A stretch of 64,000 nucleotides of DNA from contig JAJDDD010000009.1 of assembly GCA_029260495.1 (NCBI GenBank), forward strand, positions 434,266 to 498,265, in the 5' to 3' direction. This document shows, piece by piece, positions 1-9,971 of the stretch; the stretch's first letter is position 1, and each line of letters opens with the position of its first letter. Position numbers and translations under genes: made by a program. The DNA comes from Phycisphaerales bacterium. Lineage in GTDB: Bacteria > Planctomycetota > Phycisphaerae > Phycisphaerales > UBA1924. A model generated the notes under the pieces. It did not search any database. It was not told the DNA's origin and was given only the letters and a program-made list of their open reading frames with translations.

Positions 1-1
1 C

Positions 2-1021
2 TTTGAGGAAACCTTCGCCCAGCAGCCCTTCCACCCGCTCTATCTTGAGCGCCTTTCGCCTTTCCAGGTCATTCGCTTCATGGATTGGCAGCGCACCAAT
101 GACTCCATCAACATCAACTGGGCCGATCGCACTCGTGCGGACGCACGCTCCCAGGGCGGCAAACGCGGCGTCTCGGTCGAGCACATGGTGCAGCTCGCCA
201 ACACCCTCGATATCGATCCATGGTTCTGCATGCCCCATCTCGCCACTGACGACTACATTCGCCAGTTTGCGACATTGGTGCGTGACACGCTTGAACCCGA
301 TCAGCAAATCTACATTGAGTTTTCTAATGAATGCTGGAACTATATCTTCCCGCAGACATGGTGGGTTCAAGAGCAGGCTGATCAACTGGGCATCTCCGCC
401 CGCCGGTTCTACGCTCAGCGCTCCGCCAACATGTTCCGCATCTGGGAAGAGGTTTTCGGCGGCTCCGATCGTCTCGTCCGCGTGCTTGGTTCGCAGGCCG
501 CCAACAGCGGCATCACTGGCCAGATCGTCAACGGGCTCCCCGATGGCGCCGAGGCTGACGCCATCGCAATCGCGCCGTATTTCCACGTTCCGCGCCTTGG
601 CGAAGACCCCGCCGTTCGCAGCTTCACCGTTGATCAACTCATCGATTCTGTCATCGAAGACCTCGATCAGCAGGCCATCGGATGGATGCGCGACACCAAG
701 CAGATCGCCGAACAGGCCGGATTGCGCCTCATCGCTTACGAAGGTGGTCAGCACTTCGTCGCGACCGGCGCCATGCTCAATGACGACCAGGTCACAAGCC
801 TCCTGAATGAGGCCAACCGCTCTCCGCGCATGCACGATCTCTATAAGAGCTACTTCCGCGCTTGGAATGAAATTTCCGGCGACGTCTTCGTTGCATTCAG
901 CTTTGTCGGACCCTACTCCAAGTGGGGATCCTGGGGTCATCTTGAATACATGACCCAGCCCATCAGCGAGGCGCCCAAGTTCCAGGCTCTCCTGGAGATC
1001 GCGCAGGTTCCCGAAGAGTGA
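2..1021 (+). CDS. 5'-truncated CDS continuing upstream of the window. Putative TIM-barrel glycoside-hydrolase-like protein with an FSNECWN motif.
   Basis: The frame is open from position 2 with no stop before the first Met at 80, so the gene begins upstream of the window. EFSNECWNY resembles the clan GH-A NEP/NEx catalytic acid/base motif. The functional call is weak. Confidence 0.35.
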   Translation, partial: FEETFAQQPFHPLYLERLSPFQVIRFMDWQRTNDSININWADRTRADARSQGGKRGVSVEHMVQLANTLDIDPWFCMPHLATDDYIRQFATLVRDTLEPDQQIYIEFSNECWNYIFPQTWWVQEQADQLGISARRFYAQRSANMFRIWEEVFGGSDRLVRVLGSQAANSGITGQIVNGLPDGAEADAIAIAPYFHVPRLGEDPAVRSFTVDQLIDSVIEDLDQQAIGWMRDTKQIAEQAGLRLIAYEGGQHFVATGAMLNDDQVTSLLNEANRSPRMHDLYKSYFRAWNEISGDVFVAFSFVGPYSKWGSWGHLEYMTQPISEAPKFQALLEIAQVPEE

Positions 1022-1055
1022 TCGCAGCAGTGCGTCACAACACAATGAAGATCTT

Positions 1056-1119
1056 GACGCGCCAATCCAATGCGCTCCGACCGCTCTTGACGAGCAGCGT
1101 GAGCGCATTGGATTGCGTC
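1056..1119. promoter_or_regulatory. Near-perfect 15-16 bp inverted repeat (CCAATCCAATGCGCTC / GAGCGCATTGGATTG) with a ~23 nt loop, in the 119-bp leader ahead of the EPS operon
   Basis: Read directly in the sequence. TTGACG hexamers sit at 1054-1059 and 1086-1091. No T-run follows, so it is not a classic terminator. It is a candidate operator or attenuator. Confidence 0.4.
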
Positions 1120-1140
1120 ATTTCATCATATTCATAAAAC

Positions 1141-2409
1141 ATGTCTTCGGACCCACAGCAAAAGATTGGCATCCTTATTCCGGAGTTTCCGGGACAAACT
1201 CACATCTTCTTCTGGCGCGAACTGCGCGCACTGCGTGAGATGGGAGTCGATGTTGAGGTGATCTCAACGCGCCGCCCCGAGCGATCGTGGATTTGTCACG
1301 AATGGTCGAAGGAAGCAATGCAGACAACGACGTACCTGCGTGAATCTTCGATCCTCGACATTGCAGTGTCGCTCCGTCAGCTTCTCACCGTAGGCCCGCG
1401 CGGGTGGATCAAGAGCCTGCGCCTCGCGATTCTTTCGGACGCTCCAACTCTTAAGGATCGTCTTCGCGCCATCGCAGCCATTCCCGTCGGCGCTCGTCTC
1501 GCAACGATCGCGCGCCGCCGCGGCCTGGTGCACATCCACGCCCACTCTTGTGGCGCCTCAGCTCTTATCGCGCTTCAGTCAAACCTGCTCGGCGGCCCCT
1601 CATACAGCCTGACTCTTCACGGCCCACTTTCAGATTACGGCCCCGATCAACGCCAAAAGTGGGGGGGCGCCGCCTTCGGCATCATCATTACGCAAAAACT
1701 GCTCGCAGAAATGCGCACGCTCCTCGCTGACGCTCTCCCCGATCGCATCGAAATTGCTCCAATGGGTGTGGAAGTAGATCGCTTCGTGCGCACAACGCCT
1801 TATCAACCGTGGGCCGGTGAGGGCGAGCTGCGCCTCGTTTCCTGCGGCCGACTTAATGCCTGCAAAGGCCATGATGACGCCATCCGCGCCGTTGCCCAAC
1901 TTCGCGGAAAGAACATTACCGCGCATCTGGACATTCTCGGTGAAGGCGCCGAGCGGGCCAAACTTGAAACGCTCATCACAGATCTTGATCTTGCAGATCG
2001 CGTCACACTTTCCGGCGCCATTGCTGAAGAACAGGTGTGCGAGCGCTTGGAGCACGCGCACATCTTTGTCCTCGCGAGTCATCACGAACCACTCGGCGTC
2101 GCCATCATGGAAGCGATGGCGATGCAAACGCCTGTCGTCGTCACCGGCGCCGGCGGGGTGAAGGAGCTGATCGATGATCAAGTCGATGGAATGCTTGTTT
2201 CGCCGCATGATCCACAGGCGCTCGCCTCTGCTATAGAACAGGTCGCTCGCGATCCCGGGCTCGCAGCATCTTTGTCAGCCAGCGCCCGCGCTAAAATCGA
2301 GCGCGACTTTCACTCTCGCCGCAGCGCAGAAACCCTGCTGGGCTTGCTCAACGTCATACCCCGCACAGTGCCTGCCGAAGAGTGCACACCAAACGAGTGC
2401 GCCGCATGA
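1141..2409 (+). CDS. GT4 family glycosyltransferase, resembling the PEP-CTERM/exosortase-associated sugar transferase (stp-like) class
   Basis: N-terminal IGILIPEFPGQTHIFFWRE and HIHAHSCGAS...LGGPSYSLTLHGP motifs. C-terminal GT-B EAMAMQTPVVVTGAGG. It is a paralog of the 11028..12332 product. Confidence 0.8.
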   Translation: MSSDPQQKIGILIPEFPGQTHIFFWRELRALREMGVDVEVISTRRPERSWICHEWSKEAMQTTTYLRESSILDIAVSLRQLLTVGPRGWIKSLRLAILSDAPTLKDRLRAIAAIPVGARLATIARRRGLVHIHAHSCGASALIALQSNLLGGPSYSLTLHGPLSDYGPDQRQKWGGAAFGIIITQKLLAEMRTLLADALPDRIEIAPMGVEVDRFVRTTPYQPWAGEGELRLVSCGRLNACKGHDDAIRAVAQLRGKNITAHLDILGEGAERAKLETLITDLDLADRVTLSGAIAEEQVCERLEHAHIFVLASHHEPLGVAIMEAMAMQTPVVVTGAGGVKELIDDQVDGMLVSPHDPQALASAIEQVARDPGLAASLSASARAKIERDFHSRRSAETLLGLLNVIPRTVPAEECTPNECAA

Positions 2410-3758
2410 GTAAGAGTCGTCCATCCGTCCTGGTTATCGCCGAATCATGCAACCCCGAATGGGTCAGTGTGCCGCTCGTGGGTTGGTTCCACGCTCGCGC
2501 TTTGCGCGAAGTCGCCGACGTTCATCTCGTCACACAGATCCGCAACCGCGATGCAATCTCGCGCACCGGCCTAATCGAAGGCGAAGATTTCACAGCGATC
2601 GATTCCGAACGCGTCGCTCGCCCCGTGTGGAAAATGGCCAACTTCTTCCGCGGCGATTCCGGCAAGGGATGGACCACTGCAACAGCGGTCAGTGCTCTCT
2701 CCTACTACTACTTCGAGCGCCTCGTCTGGCGTCGCTTCGCCGACGACCTCGCAGCCAAACGCTTCGATCTTGTCCACCGCGTCACGCCGCTCTCTCCAAC
2801 CCAACCCAGCACCATAGCTCCCAAATGCGCGCGCCTCGGCGTCCCATTCGTTCTCGGCCCGCTAAACGGCGGCCTCCCCTGGCCCCGCGGTTTTGACGAC
2901 GTTCGTCGGCAGGAACGCGAATGGCTCTCCTATCTTCGCCGCGCCTACAAGCTGCTGCCGGGTCTGAAACGCACCTACCGCGTCGCCTCCGCAACGATCG
3001 TCGCGTCACGCGCCACATTGGACCAACTACCCGCCAGCGCACACGATCGCGCGATCTACATCGCAGAGAACGGCGTCGCGCCGGAACGATTTACCGTCAA
3101 GCGCACCCGGAAAGCTCAGCGCCCCCTGAAACTCCTTTTCCTCAGCCGGCTCGTGCCCTACAAGGGCGCTGACATGCTCATCGACGCCGCCGCGCCTCTG
3201 CTCCAAAGCGGTGACATCCAGCTGGAGATTGCAGGCGAAGGCCCGCAGCGCGATCAACTCACTCAAAAACTCCGTGCGCTCAATCTTGAGTCTGAGTCAA
3301 TCCTCACCGGATGGGTCCAGCATGAAGACGTCCAGCGCAAGCTGATCAAAGCCGACGTCTTTGCCCTTCCCAGCATCCGAGAGTTCGGTGGCGGCGCCGC
3401 GCTTGAAGCAATGGCCGTCGGCGTGCCTCCCATCGTGATCGACTACGGCGGCCCGGCTGACCTCGTCACAGAGCGCACGGGCTGGCTTGTTCCTCTCGGC
3501 TCGCGCGCTCAAATCATCGAGCGCCTGCGCCAAACTCTGGTGCACATCGCGACGCGCCCGGATGTTGTTGACGAAAAAGGCGCCGCCGCGCTCCGGCGCG
3601 CTCATACGCAATTTTCATGGAATACCAAGGCTCAGCAGACCCTCCAGGTGTACGAATGGGTTCTGGGCCGGCGCAGCGACAAGCCCAGCTTTCCACTCCC
3701 CACGCCAGACATCGAACCCAGTCAGGTAGCTCCAGAACCAGCCAGCGCTGCAACATGA
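2406..3758 (+). CDS. GT4 family glycosyltransferase
   Basis: ATG at 2406 overlaps the upstream TGA (ATGA). The longer GTG 2382 start was rejected. GT-B C-terminal domain LEAMAVGVPPIVIDYGGPADLV. Confidence 0.75.
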   Translation: MSKSRPSVLVIAESCNPEWVSVPLVGWFHARALREVADVHLVTQIRNRDAISRTGLIEGEDFTAIDSERVARPVWKMANFFRGDSGKGWTTATAVSALSYYYFERLVWRRFADDLAAKRFDLVHRVTPLSPTQPSTIAPKCARLGVPFVLGPLNGGLPWPRGFDDVRRQEREWLSYLRRAYKLLPGLKRTYRVASATIVASRATLDQLPASAHDRAIYIAENGVAPERFTVKRTRKAQRPLKLLFLSRLVPYKGADMLIDAAAPLLQSGDIQLEIAGEGPQRDQLTQKLRALNLESESILTGWVQHEDVQRKLIKADVFALPSIREFGGGAALEAMAVGVPPIVIDYGGPADLVTERTGWLVPLGSRAQIIERLRQTLVHIATRPDVVDEKGAAALRRAHTQFSWNTKAQQTLQVYEWVLGRRSDKPSFPLPTPDIEPSQVAPEPASAAT

Positions 3759-5203
3759 CCGCTGTCAAACCCATCACAGATCCGCTCGAGCAGCAGACTG
3801 ACCCACCGCTCGAAAGCGATACGCCGATCGAGAACGCCCCAGCCCACGAACAGCCGGCCGGTGACGGCTCACTCAAAAAACGCGCCGTCTCGGGAAGCAA
3901 ATGGACCGCAGCGCAATATATTATCAGCCAGGTTCTTCGCCTCGCGAGCAACATCATCATGGCTCAGATTCTCGCTCCCGAGGATTTCGGTCTGGTGGTC
4001 ATTGTCACGGTCGTCATCACAGGTCTCTACATGCTCTCCGATCTGGGCACCGGTCCCGCCATTGTCCAAAGTGCGCGCGGCGAAGACCCAACCTTCTACA
4101 ACACCGCCTGGACGGTTAATGTGATTCGCGGCCTGTGTATCGCCGGGATTGTCGCTCTGCTCGCGCACCCCATCGCGATCCACTACGGATCTCCCATGCT
4201 CAGCGGCCTGCTCCTCGTCGCGGCCCTCGGGCCATTCATAAGCGCCTTTACATCCACCGCAATTTCTGTCCTCTACCGGCGAATGGACTACGCCAAAATT
4301 ACAATTCTTGAACTGGCAAGTCAGATCGTCGGCATCGCGGTAATGATTGGAACCGGTCTCATCACGCGATCAGTGTGGGCGCTTGTCGTCGGAGCGCCGG
4401 TCAGCGCGATCTTGCTTGTCGTAGCCAGTCACATCGTCGTCAAGGGTCATCACAATCGCCTCAGCTTTGATCGCGCTGCATTCTCAGAGCTATGGCGTTA
4501 CAGCAAGTGGATATTCCTGAGCACCGCAGTCTGGTTCCTCGCCTCCAATGGCGATCGAATCGGTCTTTCCAATCTGATCGATGAGGCGACGCTTGGCGTT
4601 TATTACTTCGCCTTCATGCTCAGCGAAGCCTTTGCCAAACTCGTCGAGACGCTCGCGGGGCGTGTTGGTTTTCCCGCGATATCTGAAATCGCCCGGCGCG
4701 AACCGCATCGGCTTTCCGAGATCTACTACCGCATCCGCCTGCCTCTCGATGCAATCGGTATGACCGCGGCTGGGGGTCTCGTCATCGCTGGCGCCGCCGT
4801 CGTCAACCTGCTCTACAACACCGAGTACGCCGCCGCCGGCTGGATGCTCCAGATACTCGGCATCCGCGTTGCCCTAACCTGCTTATCGGCGACCGCTACA
4901 CAATGTATGCTCGCCGTAGGCCAGTCCAAACAGACCTTCACTTCCAATCTCGCTCGCACTGTCTGGCTTCTGAGCGGCATTATTCTGGGATTTGCATACT
5001 TCGGCGTCCCCGGCGCCGTCTGGGCGATCGCTACCTCGGAAGTCGCCGCCATCTGCGTCCTCTGGATCGCACTCGCCAAGCGCAACCTTCTTCGCCCCGT
5101 CCTTGAGTTGCGATCAATCGCTTTTCTCGCGATTGGCGCTGGCGCCGGGGTGGTCGCTATTCCGATATTGAGCCATCTCGCCACGCTCGTTGGTCGCGCC
5201 TGA
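3755..5203 (+). CDS. Wzx-type polysaccharide flippase (polysaccharide biosynthesis protein / PST family)
   Basis: ATGA overlap at 3755. About 12 predicted TM helices. WTAAQYIISQVLRLASNIIMAQILAPEDFG is typical of Wzx/PST N-termini. The ATG at 3617 was rejected because it lies 141 bp inside the previous gene. Confidence 0.75.
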   Translation: MTAVKPITDPLEQQTDPPLESDTPIENAPAHEQPAGDGSLKKRAVSGSKWTAAQYIISQVLRLASNIIMAQILAPEDFGLVVIVTVVITGLYMLSDLGTGPAIVQSARGEDPTFYNTAWTVNVIRGLCIAGIVALLAHPIAIHYGSPMLSGLLLVAALGPFISAFTSTAISVLYRRMDYAKITILELASQIVGIAVMIGTGLITRSVWALVVGAPVSAILLVVASHIVVKGHHNRLSFDRAAFSELWRYSKWIFLSTAVWFLASNGDRIGLSNLIDEATLGVYYFAFMLSEAFAKLVETLAGRVGFPAISEIARREPHRLSEIYYRIRLPLDAIGMTAAGGLVIAGAAVVNLLYNTEYAAAGWMLQILGIRVALTCLSATATQCMLAVGQSKQTFTSNLARTVWLLSGIILGFAYFGVPGAVWAIATSEVAAICVLWIALAKRNLLRPVLELRSIAFLAIGAGAGVVAIPILSHLATLVGRA

Positions 5204-5222
5204 ATCGGTCTGATTTGATCTA

Positions 5223-6593
5223 ATGTCAACCACAATATTTGTCCCCATCGCGATGTACGGCTGGGCGCCCCTGGTGCTGCTCATGTTCCTCATCATGCCT
5301 CCCCGGCGCGCGGTCATCACCGCCTTCCTTGCTGCATGGCTCTTCCTGCCCATGGCGAGCTATTCGATCGAGGGGCTGCCTGACTGGTCGAAAATGACAG
5401 CCACTTCATTTGGCGTCATGGCTGGTGTCCTTCTCTTCGATCCAGCTTCCCTCTCAGCCTTTCGCGCCAAGATCATTGATCTGCCGATCATTGTGTGGTG
5501 CCTGACTCCCTTCATCGCATCAGTCACCAATGGCTTCGGCGTCTACGATGGCGTCTCCGCGATTGTGTTCAAAACCATCATCTGGGGGCTGCCATACTTT
5601 ATTGGTCGTCTCTACTTCTCTGATCTCGCCGGTCTTCGTGAGCTTGCCGTCGGTGTCTTTGTCGGTGGGCTCGTGTATGCGCCGTTCTGCATTATTGAGG
5701 TTGTTCTATCGCCGCAACTGCATCGCTGGGTGTACGGCTATCATCAGCATCAGTTTGCACAGACGATGAGGCTTGGCGGCTACCGCCCGATGGTCTTCAT
5801 GCAGCACGGGCTCGCTGTCGGCATGTTTATGATTAGCGCCTCGCTGGCTGGGATTTGGCTCTGGAAAACACGCAGTGTGCACAAAGTGCAGGGGATTCCC
5901 ATCGCAGTTCTCCTCGTGCCGCTGCTTATTGTCACTATTGCGATCAAGTCCCTTGGAGCGCTTATTCTCTTGGCTGTTGGCCTCATGGCGCTCGCCGCGA
6001 CGCGCTACGCCCGCACGCGCGCCCTTCTCATTGTGCTCGCGATCATGCCTCCCCTATATATCGCTGCACGAGGATTCCTCGGTTGGTCAGGGCGAGATCT
6101 CACTGCAATCGCGAGTCTGGTGAGCGCCGACCGGGCTGCATCTCTGGAGCACCGCATGGTCAATGAAGACATGCTCACCAATAAAGCCAAGCAGAAAATG
6201 CTCTTCGGATGGGCAAGTTGGGGAGGCAGTCGCGTATACAACGAAGAAGGAAAAGATATCTCAACGACGGACGGCATGTGGATCGTCGCATTCGGCAACT
6301 ACGGCGTCGTCGGACTCTCCGCGTTCATGCTATTCATCGCGCTGCCCGCGTGGGTGCTGCTCCGCCGCGCACGCGCGCCAGCCTGGGCTTCATCCCAGAT
6401 GGCGCCGGCGGCAATCTGCGCCACGCTTCTGCTCCTGTATTCCATCGACAACGTGCTCAACGCCATGATCAACCCGATCTTCGTTCTTATGGCAGGTGGC
6501 GTTGGCGGCTTGGTTTTCGGCGCAAGAACCGCAAGTTCCCGTCGCGCATCCCGGAGTCAGTCCACATTTTCGTATAGCTTGGGTTCAGGGTAG
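5223..6593 (+). CDS. Wzy/O-antigen-ligase-like polytopic membrane protein, possibly an exosortase-associated O-glycosylation ligase
   Basis: Multiple TM helices with a large loop near the C-terminus (NEDMLTNKAKQKMLFGWASWGG...). It sits immediately after Wzx. Confidence 0.6.
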   Translation: MSTTIFVPIAMYGWAPLVLLMFLIMPPRRAVITAFLAAWLFLPMASYSIEGLPDWSKMTATSFGVMAGVLLFDPASLSAFRAKIIDLPIIVWCLTPFIASVTNGFGVYDGVSAIVFKTIIWGLPYFIGRLYFSDLAGLRELAVGVFVGGLVYAPFCIIEVVLSPQLHRWVYGYHQHQFAQTMRLGGYRPMVFMQHGLAVGMFMISASLAGIWLWKTRSVHKVQGIPIAVLLVPLLIVTIAIKSLGALILLAVGLMALAATRYARTRALLIVLAIMPPLYIAARGFLGWSGRDLTAIASLVSADRAASLEHRMVNEDMLTNKAKQKMLFGWASWGGSRVYNEEGKDISTTDGMWIVAFGNYGVVGLSAFMLFIALPAWVLLRRARAPAWASSQMAPAAICATLLLLYSIDNVLNAMINPIFVLMAGGVGGLVFGARTASSRRASRSQSTFSYSLGSG

Positions 6594-6624
6594 ATCACAA
6601 CCGCTGAAGACGGAGCAGCACTGC

Positions 6625-7884
6625 ATGTACCTTGTCGCGATTCACGTTCCCATATTTCTTGACGGCGATCGCCCGCTGATCGCTACCGATTGGTTGCGCT
6701 CCCTCCGGCTGCTGCGCGACTCCTTTTCCGGTCGGTTCGGCCCCATCACCGTCGTCGCGCCCAGCCTTTCCACAAGCCATCCATCCGCAGAGCAGAAGCT
6801 CGAAGCCCCGGCGCCTGATGAAGACATCGTGCTGGAGCCATCCTTCGATTTCAGCGGCCGATGCAGAGATTTCTGGCTCCGTGATCGCAAGCAGTGGATC
6901 GCAGACGTTGATCGCCTGCTGCCAAACGCACAGGTAGTCCACGCAGGCCTCGATGATGTTTTTCGACCGGTCTCATATTCAGGTCACGCCCGCGCCGTCG
7001 CAGCAAACAAGCCCACCGTCTTCGTGCAGGACGTCGATATATCACTCCGCGCCCGACAGCTCGCCACCACACCCGTCGCTGCGATCAAGGCGAATCTCTA
7101 TGCGCTCCACTACGAACGCCTCGCGCGCAAAGGCGTGCAGGCGGCCGATCTCAGCCTTCTCAAAGGCCGCAGCATCATGCGCCGTTTCGCTTCCACCGCG
7201 CGCAACCCGCACACCTTCCACGACACCTCCTACCTCTCATCCGAAATCGTTCCAGCAGATGTCGTCGAGCGCCGACACGCTCGACCGGCTGACAGCCCCT
7301 TCCGGCTCGTCTATTGCGGCAGAATCGCTCGCGCCAAAGGCGTCTTCGAGAGTGTCGATATCATCGCCCGCGCACGCCGCCTCGGCCGCGACATCCGCTT
7401 CGACATGATCGGCGACGGTGAAGATCGCGCTGCGATCGAAAAAATCATCTCCGAGCAAAACCTGGATAGCTACATCCGCTGTCTCGGACCGCAGGCATAT
7501 GGGCCAGAGCTCATCCGCAAACTTGCTGAATGGGACGCCCTCCTCTTCACTCCCCCCGGCGAAGAAACACCGCGCATGATCTTCGATGGGTTCGCCGCCG
7601 GCCTGCCCCTCGTTGCCTTTGCTATCGAATATGTCGTAGAGCGCGCCGACGAAGACGCCGCCGCCTGCTTGCTCCCCAACGACAATCCACAGCAGGCAGC
7701 CCAACTCATCAATGATCTAGCCGCCGATCGGGAAAAGATCGCCAAACTCACCCGCGCTGCACACCAGGCCGCCCACAAACACGCAGCCGATGTCTGGTAC
7801 CAGCGCCGTGCCCAATGGACGATCGAAGCAGTCGAAAAACGCATCGGCGCTGCCAAAACCACAGTCAAGCTCTCCGCTGCCTGA
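6625..7884 (+). CDS. Glycosyltransferase, GT4-like (GT-B fold)
   Basis: First ATG after the Wzy-like stop, with a GGAG 9 nt upstream. The TTG at 6496 was rejected because of overlap. C-terminal LVYCGRIARAKG...GDGEDR...FDGFAAGLPLVAF pattern. Confidence 0.6.
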   Translation: MYLVAIHVPIFLDGDRPLIATDWLRSLRLLRDSFSGRFGPITVVAPSLSTSHPSAEQKLEAPAPDEDIVLEPSFDFSGRCRDFWLRDRKQWIADVDRLLPNAQVVHAGLDDVFRPVSYSGHARAVAANKPTVFVQDVDISLRARQLATTPVAAIKANLYALHYERLARKGVQAADLSLLKGRSIMRRFASTARNPHTFHDTSYLSSEIVPADVVERRHARPADSPFRLVYCGRIARAKGVFESVDIIARARRLGRDIRFDMIGDGEDRAAIEKIISEQNLDSYIRCLGPQAYGPELIRKLAEWDALLFTPPGEETPRMIFDGFAAGLPLVAFAIEYVVERADEDAAACLLPNDNPQQAAQLINDLAADREKIAKLTRAAHQAAHKHAADVWYQRRAQWTIEAVEKRIGAAKTTVKLSAA

Positions 7885-7902
7885 AATATTGCATAAGTCA
7901 CA

Positions 7903-8976
7903 ATGCCCACCGCGCTGCAAAAATCTCCCATGACGACGGACGAGCCAATCAATCCCGCTATCTCCGCCAGCGTATGCCGCGCCGCCGATCGCCTCCTCGT
8001 CGTCATCGTCAACTTTCACACCGCTGAACTAACCATCGACGCCCTGCGCTCACTTGCGCCCCATCTCGAGCCCGCTCGCGACGCCGTCGTCGTCGTTGAC
8101 AACGACTCCGGCGATGACTCTGTCCAGCGCATCAGCCAAACAATCGAACAAGAGCAACTCTCAGACGTCGCATCCGTCATCCCCGCCGGCTGCAACGGCG
8201 GCTTTGCGTTTGGAAACAACGTCGGCGCCAAACTCGCCTTCGCCGATGATCCCCATCCCAAATACATCCTACTCCTCAACCCCGACACGCTCGTCCACGA
8301 CGGCGCCATCCAGCACATGCGCTCCTTCATGGATACTCACCCTCAAGCAGGCATCCTCGGCTGCAAGATTGAAGACCCCGACAGCGTCGAACAAACAGCA
8401 GCCTTTCGTGCGCCGAGTCCGCTTTCCGAAATGGATTACGGCTTCCGTTCTGGTCCAATCTCCCGTGCACTCTCCCGCTGGAGTGTCTCGCTCGCGCCGG
8501 CGCAAAACGCCATTCAGTGCGATTGGGTTTCCGGCGCCTGCATGATGATCCGCTGCGACGTCATCAGCAAAATCGGCCCGCTCGATGAAGGCTACTTTCT
8601 CTATTACGAAGAGCTCGACTACTGCCTCCGCGCGCGCGACGCTGGCTGGGAAATCTGGCACACCCCCGCCGCAACCATTACACACTTCGAAGGCGCAGCT
8701 ACCGATATCCACGCCGCCCGCAAACGCCGCCCGCGATGGTGGTATGACTCCCGCCGTCGTTTCTTCGTAAAACGCTACGGAACCCTCGGCCTTCTCACCG
8801 CAGACGCCCTATGGGCGATCGGCCGGTCATTCCTGCATTTGCGCCGTCTGCTTCATCTCGGCGGAGATGTCTCCTGCGATCCAGCCCATCTTTCACGTGA
8901 TCTTCTCGGCGGCGACCTTCGCGCCGTTCTTTCCGGAGAAACCCGGCGAATCAAGCTGCAGGCGGTGAAAAAATGA
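7903..8976 (+). CDS. GT2 family glycosyltransferase (WbbL/rhamnosyltransferase-like)
   Basis: LLVVIVNFHT, VVVVDNDSGDDS, GFAFGNNVG and WVSGACMMIRCDV...YYEELDYCLRA motifs. Confidence 0.75.
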   Translation: MPTALQKSPMTTDEPINPAISASVCRAADRLLVVIVNFHTAELTIDALRSLAPHLEPARDAVVVVDNDSGDDSVQRISQTIEQEQLSDVASVIPAGCNGGFAFGNNVGAKLAFADDPHPKYILLLNPDTLVHDGAIQHMRSFMDTHPQAGILGCKIEDPDSVEQTAAFRAPSPLSEMDYGFRSGPISRALSRWSVSLAPAQNAIQCDWVSGACMMIRCDVISKIGPLDEGYFLYYEELDYCLRARDAGWEIWHTPAATITHFEGAATDIHAARKRRPRWWYDSRRRFFVKRYGTLGLLTADALWAIGRSFLHLRRLLHLGGDVSCDPAHLSRDLLGGDLRAVLSGETRRIKLQAVKK

Positions 8977-9971
8977 AAGCCGGCGTTATCATCATCGGAC
9001 GCAACGAAGGAGAGCGCCTCATTCGCTGTCTCGATTCACTCGCGACCGCGCGCAAGAACGGCTCGCTTCTGGTTTACGTTGACTCCGCCTCCTCAGACGA
9101 CAGTGTCGAAACATCCCAAACTCGCGTAGATCACGTCATCGCGCTCACCAATGACAAACCTCTCTCCGCAGCCCGCGCTCGCAATGCTGGCATCTCCTGG
9201 CTCCTTGACCACGACATTGACCTCATTCAGTTCATCGATGGAGACTGCGAACTCCATCCGGATTGGCTCGCCCGCGCTGCCGCAGCTCTGGAACAGAACA
9301 CACAAGCCGCGATCGTCACGGGCCGCCTGCGCGAAAAGCATCCCGATCGCTCGCCCTACAATCGCCTCTGCGATATGGAATGGGATTGCGGCGTCGGTGA
9401 GATAGAAGCGTGCGGCGGTGTATTCTTCGCCCGCGCACAGGCAATCCACGATGTCGGCGCCTTCCGCGAAGACATTCCCGCTGGTGAGGAGCCGGAACTC
9501 TGCTTGCGCCTCCGCACCGCTGGCTATACGGTTTTTGCAATTGACGCTCCCATGGCTCTGCATGACGCTGATCTCATTTCGTTTTCCCAGTGGTGGCGTC
9601 GAATGACGCGCACCGGCTATGCGTTCGCGCTCGGCGCCTCGCTTCACGGCGCCGGTCCCGAGCGACACTGGGTTCGTCACGCGCTTCGCCCCTGGCTCTG
9701 GGCCGTCATTCTTCCGTTGCTCGCGATCATCCCCGCCTGGCCAACCGCTGGACTCAGCCTCGCCGTTCTCCTCGCGTACCCAATACAGTTCCTGCGCATC
9801 ACCAAGGACCGCCAATCGCGAGGGGACTCCGCCTCGAGCGCACGCCTCTACGCCTTCTTCACCCTGCTTTCCAAGTTTCCCGAAGTCATCGGACAGACTC
9901 GTTTTTACTTCGAGCGGTTCACCGGCAGATCACCCAGCATCATCGAACACAAGAAAGCCTGCGTCGTCTGA
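8973..9971 (+). CDS. GT2 family glycosyltransferase
   Basis: ATGA overlap at 8973. MKAGVIIIGRNEGERL...VYVDSASSDDSVE GT-A N-terminus with a DxD-like FIDGDCE. C-terminal TM helices. Confidence 0.7.
   Translation: MKAGVIIIGRNEGERLIRCLDSLATARKNGSLLVYVDSASSDDSVETSQTRVDHVIALTNDKPLSAARARNAGISWLLDHDIDLIQFIDGDCELHPDWLARAAAALEQNTQAAIVTGRLREKHPDRSPYNRLCDMEWDCGVGEIEACGGVFFARAQAIHDVGAFREDIPAGEEPELCLRLRTAGYTVFAIDAPMALHDADLISFSQWWRRMTRTGYAFALGASLHGAGPERHWVRHALRPWLWAVILPLLAIIPAWPTAGLSLAVLLAYPIQFLRITKDRQSRGDSASSARLYAFFTLLSKFPEVIGQTRFYFERFTGRSPSIIEHKKACVV

Noticed and set aside
3-806. 267-aa plus-strand ORF in an alternative frame at the window start
   Set aside because: It overlaps the 2..1021 frame, which has a coherent globular sequence. 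Its Ser/Pro/Arg-rich low complexity indicates an off-frame artefact.
3617-3757. ATG at 3617 as the start of the Wzx flippase
   Set aside because: It would overlap the upstream glycosyltransferase by 141 bp. The ATGA-coupled ATG at 3755 gives a canonical Wzx N-terminus.
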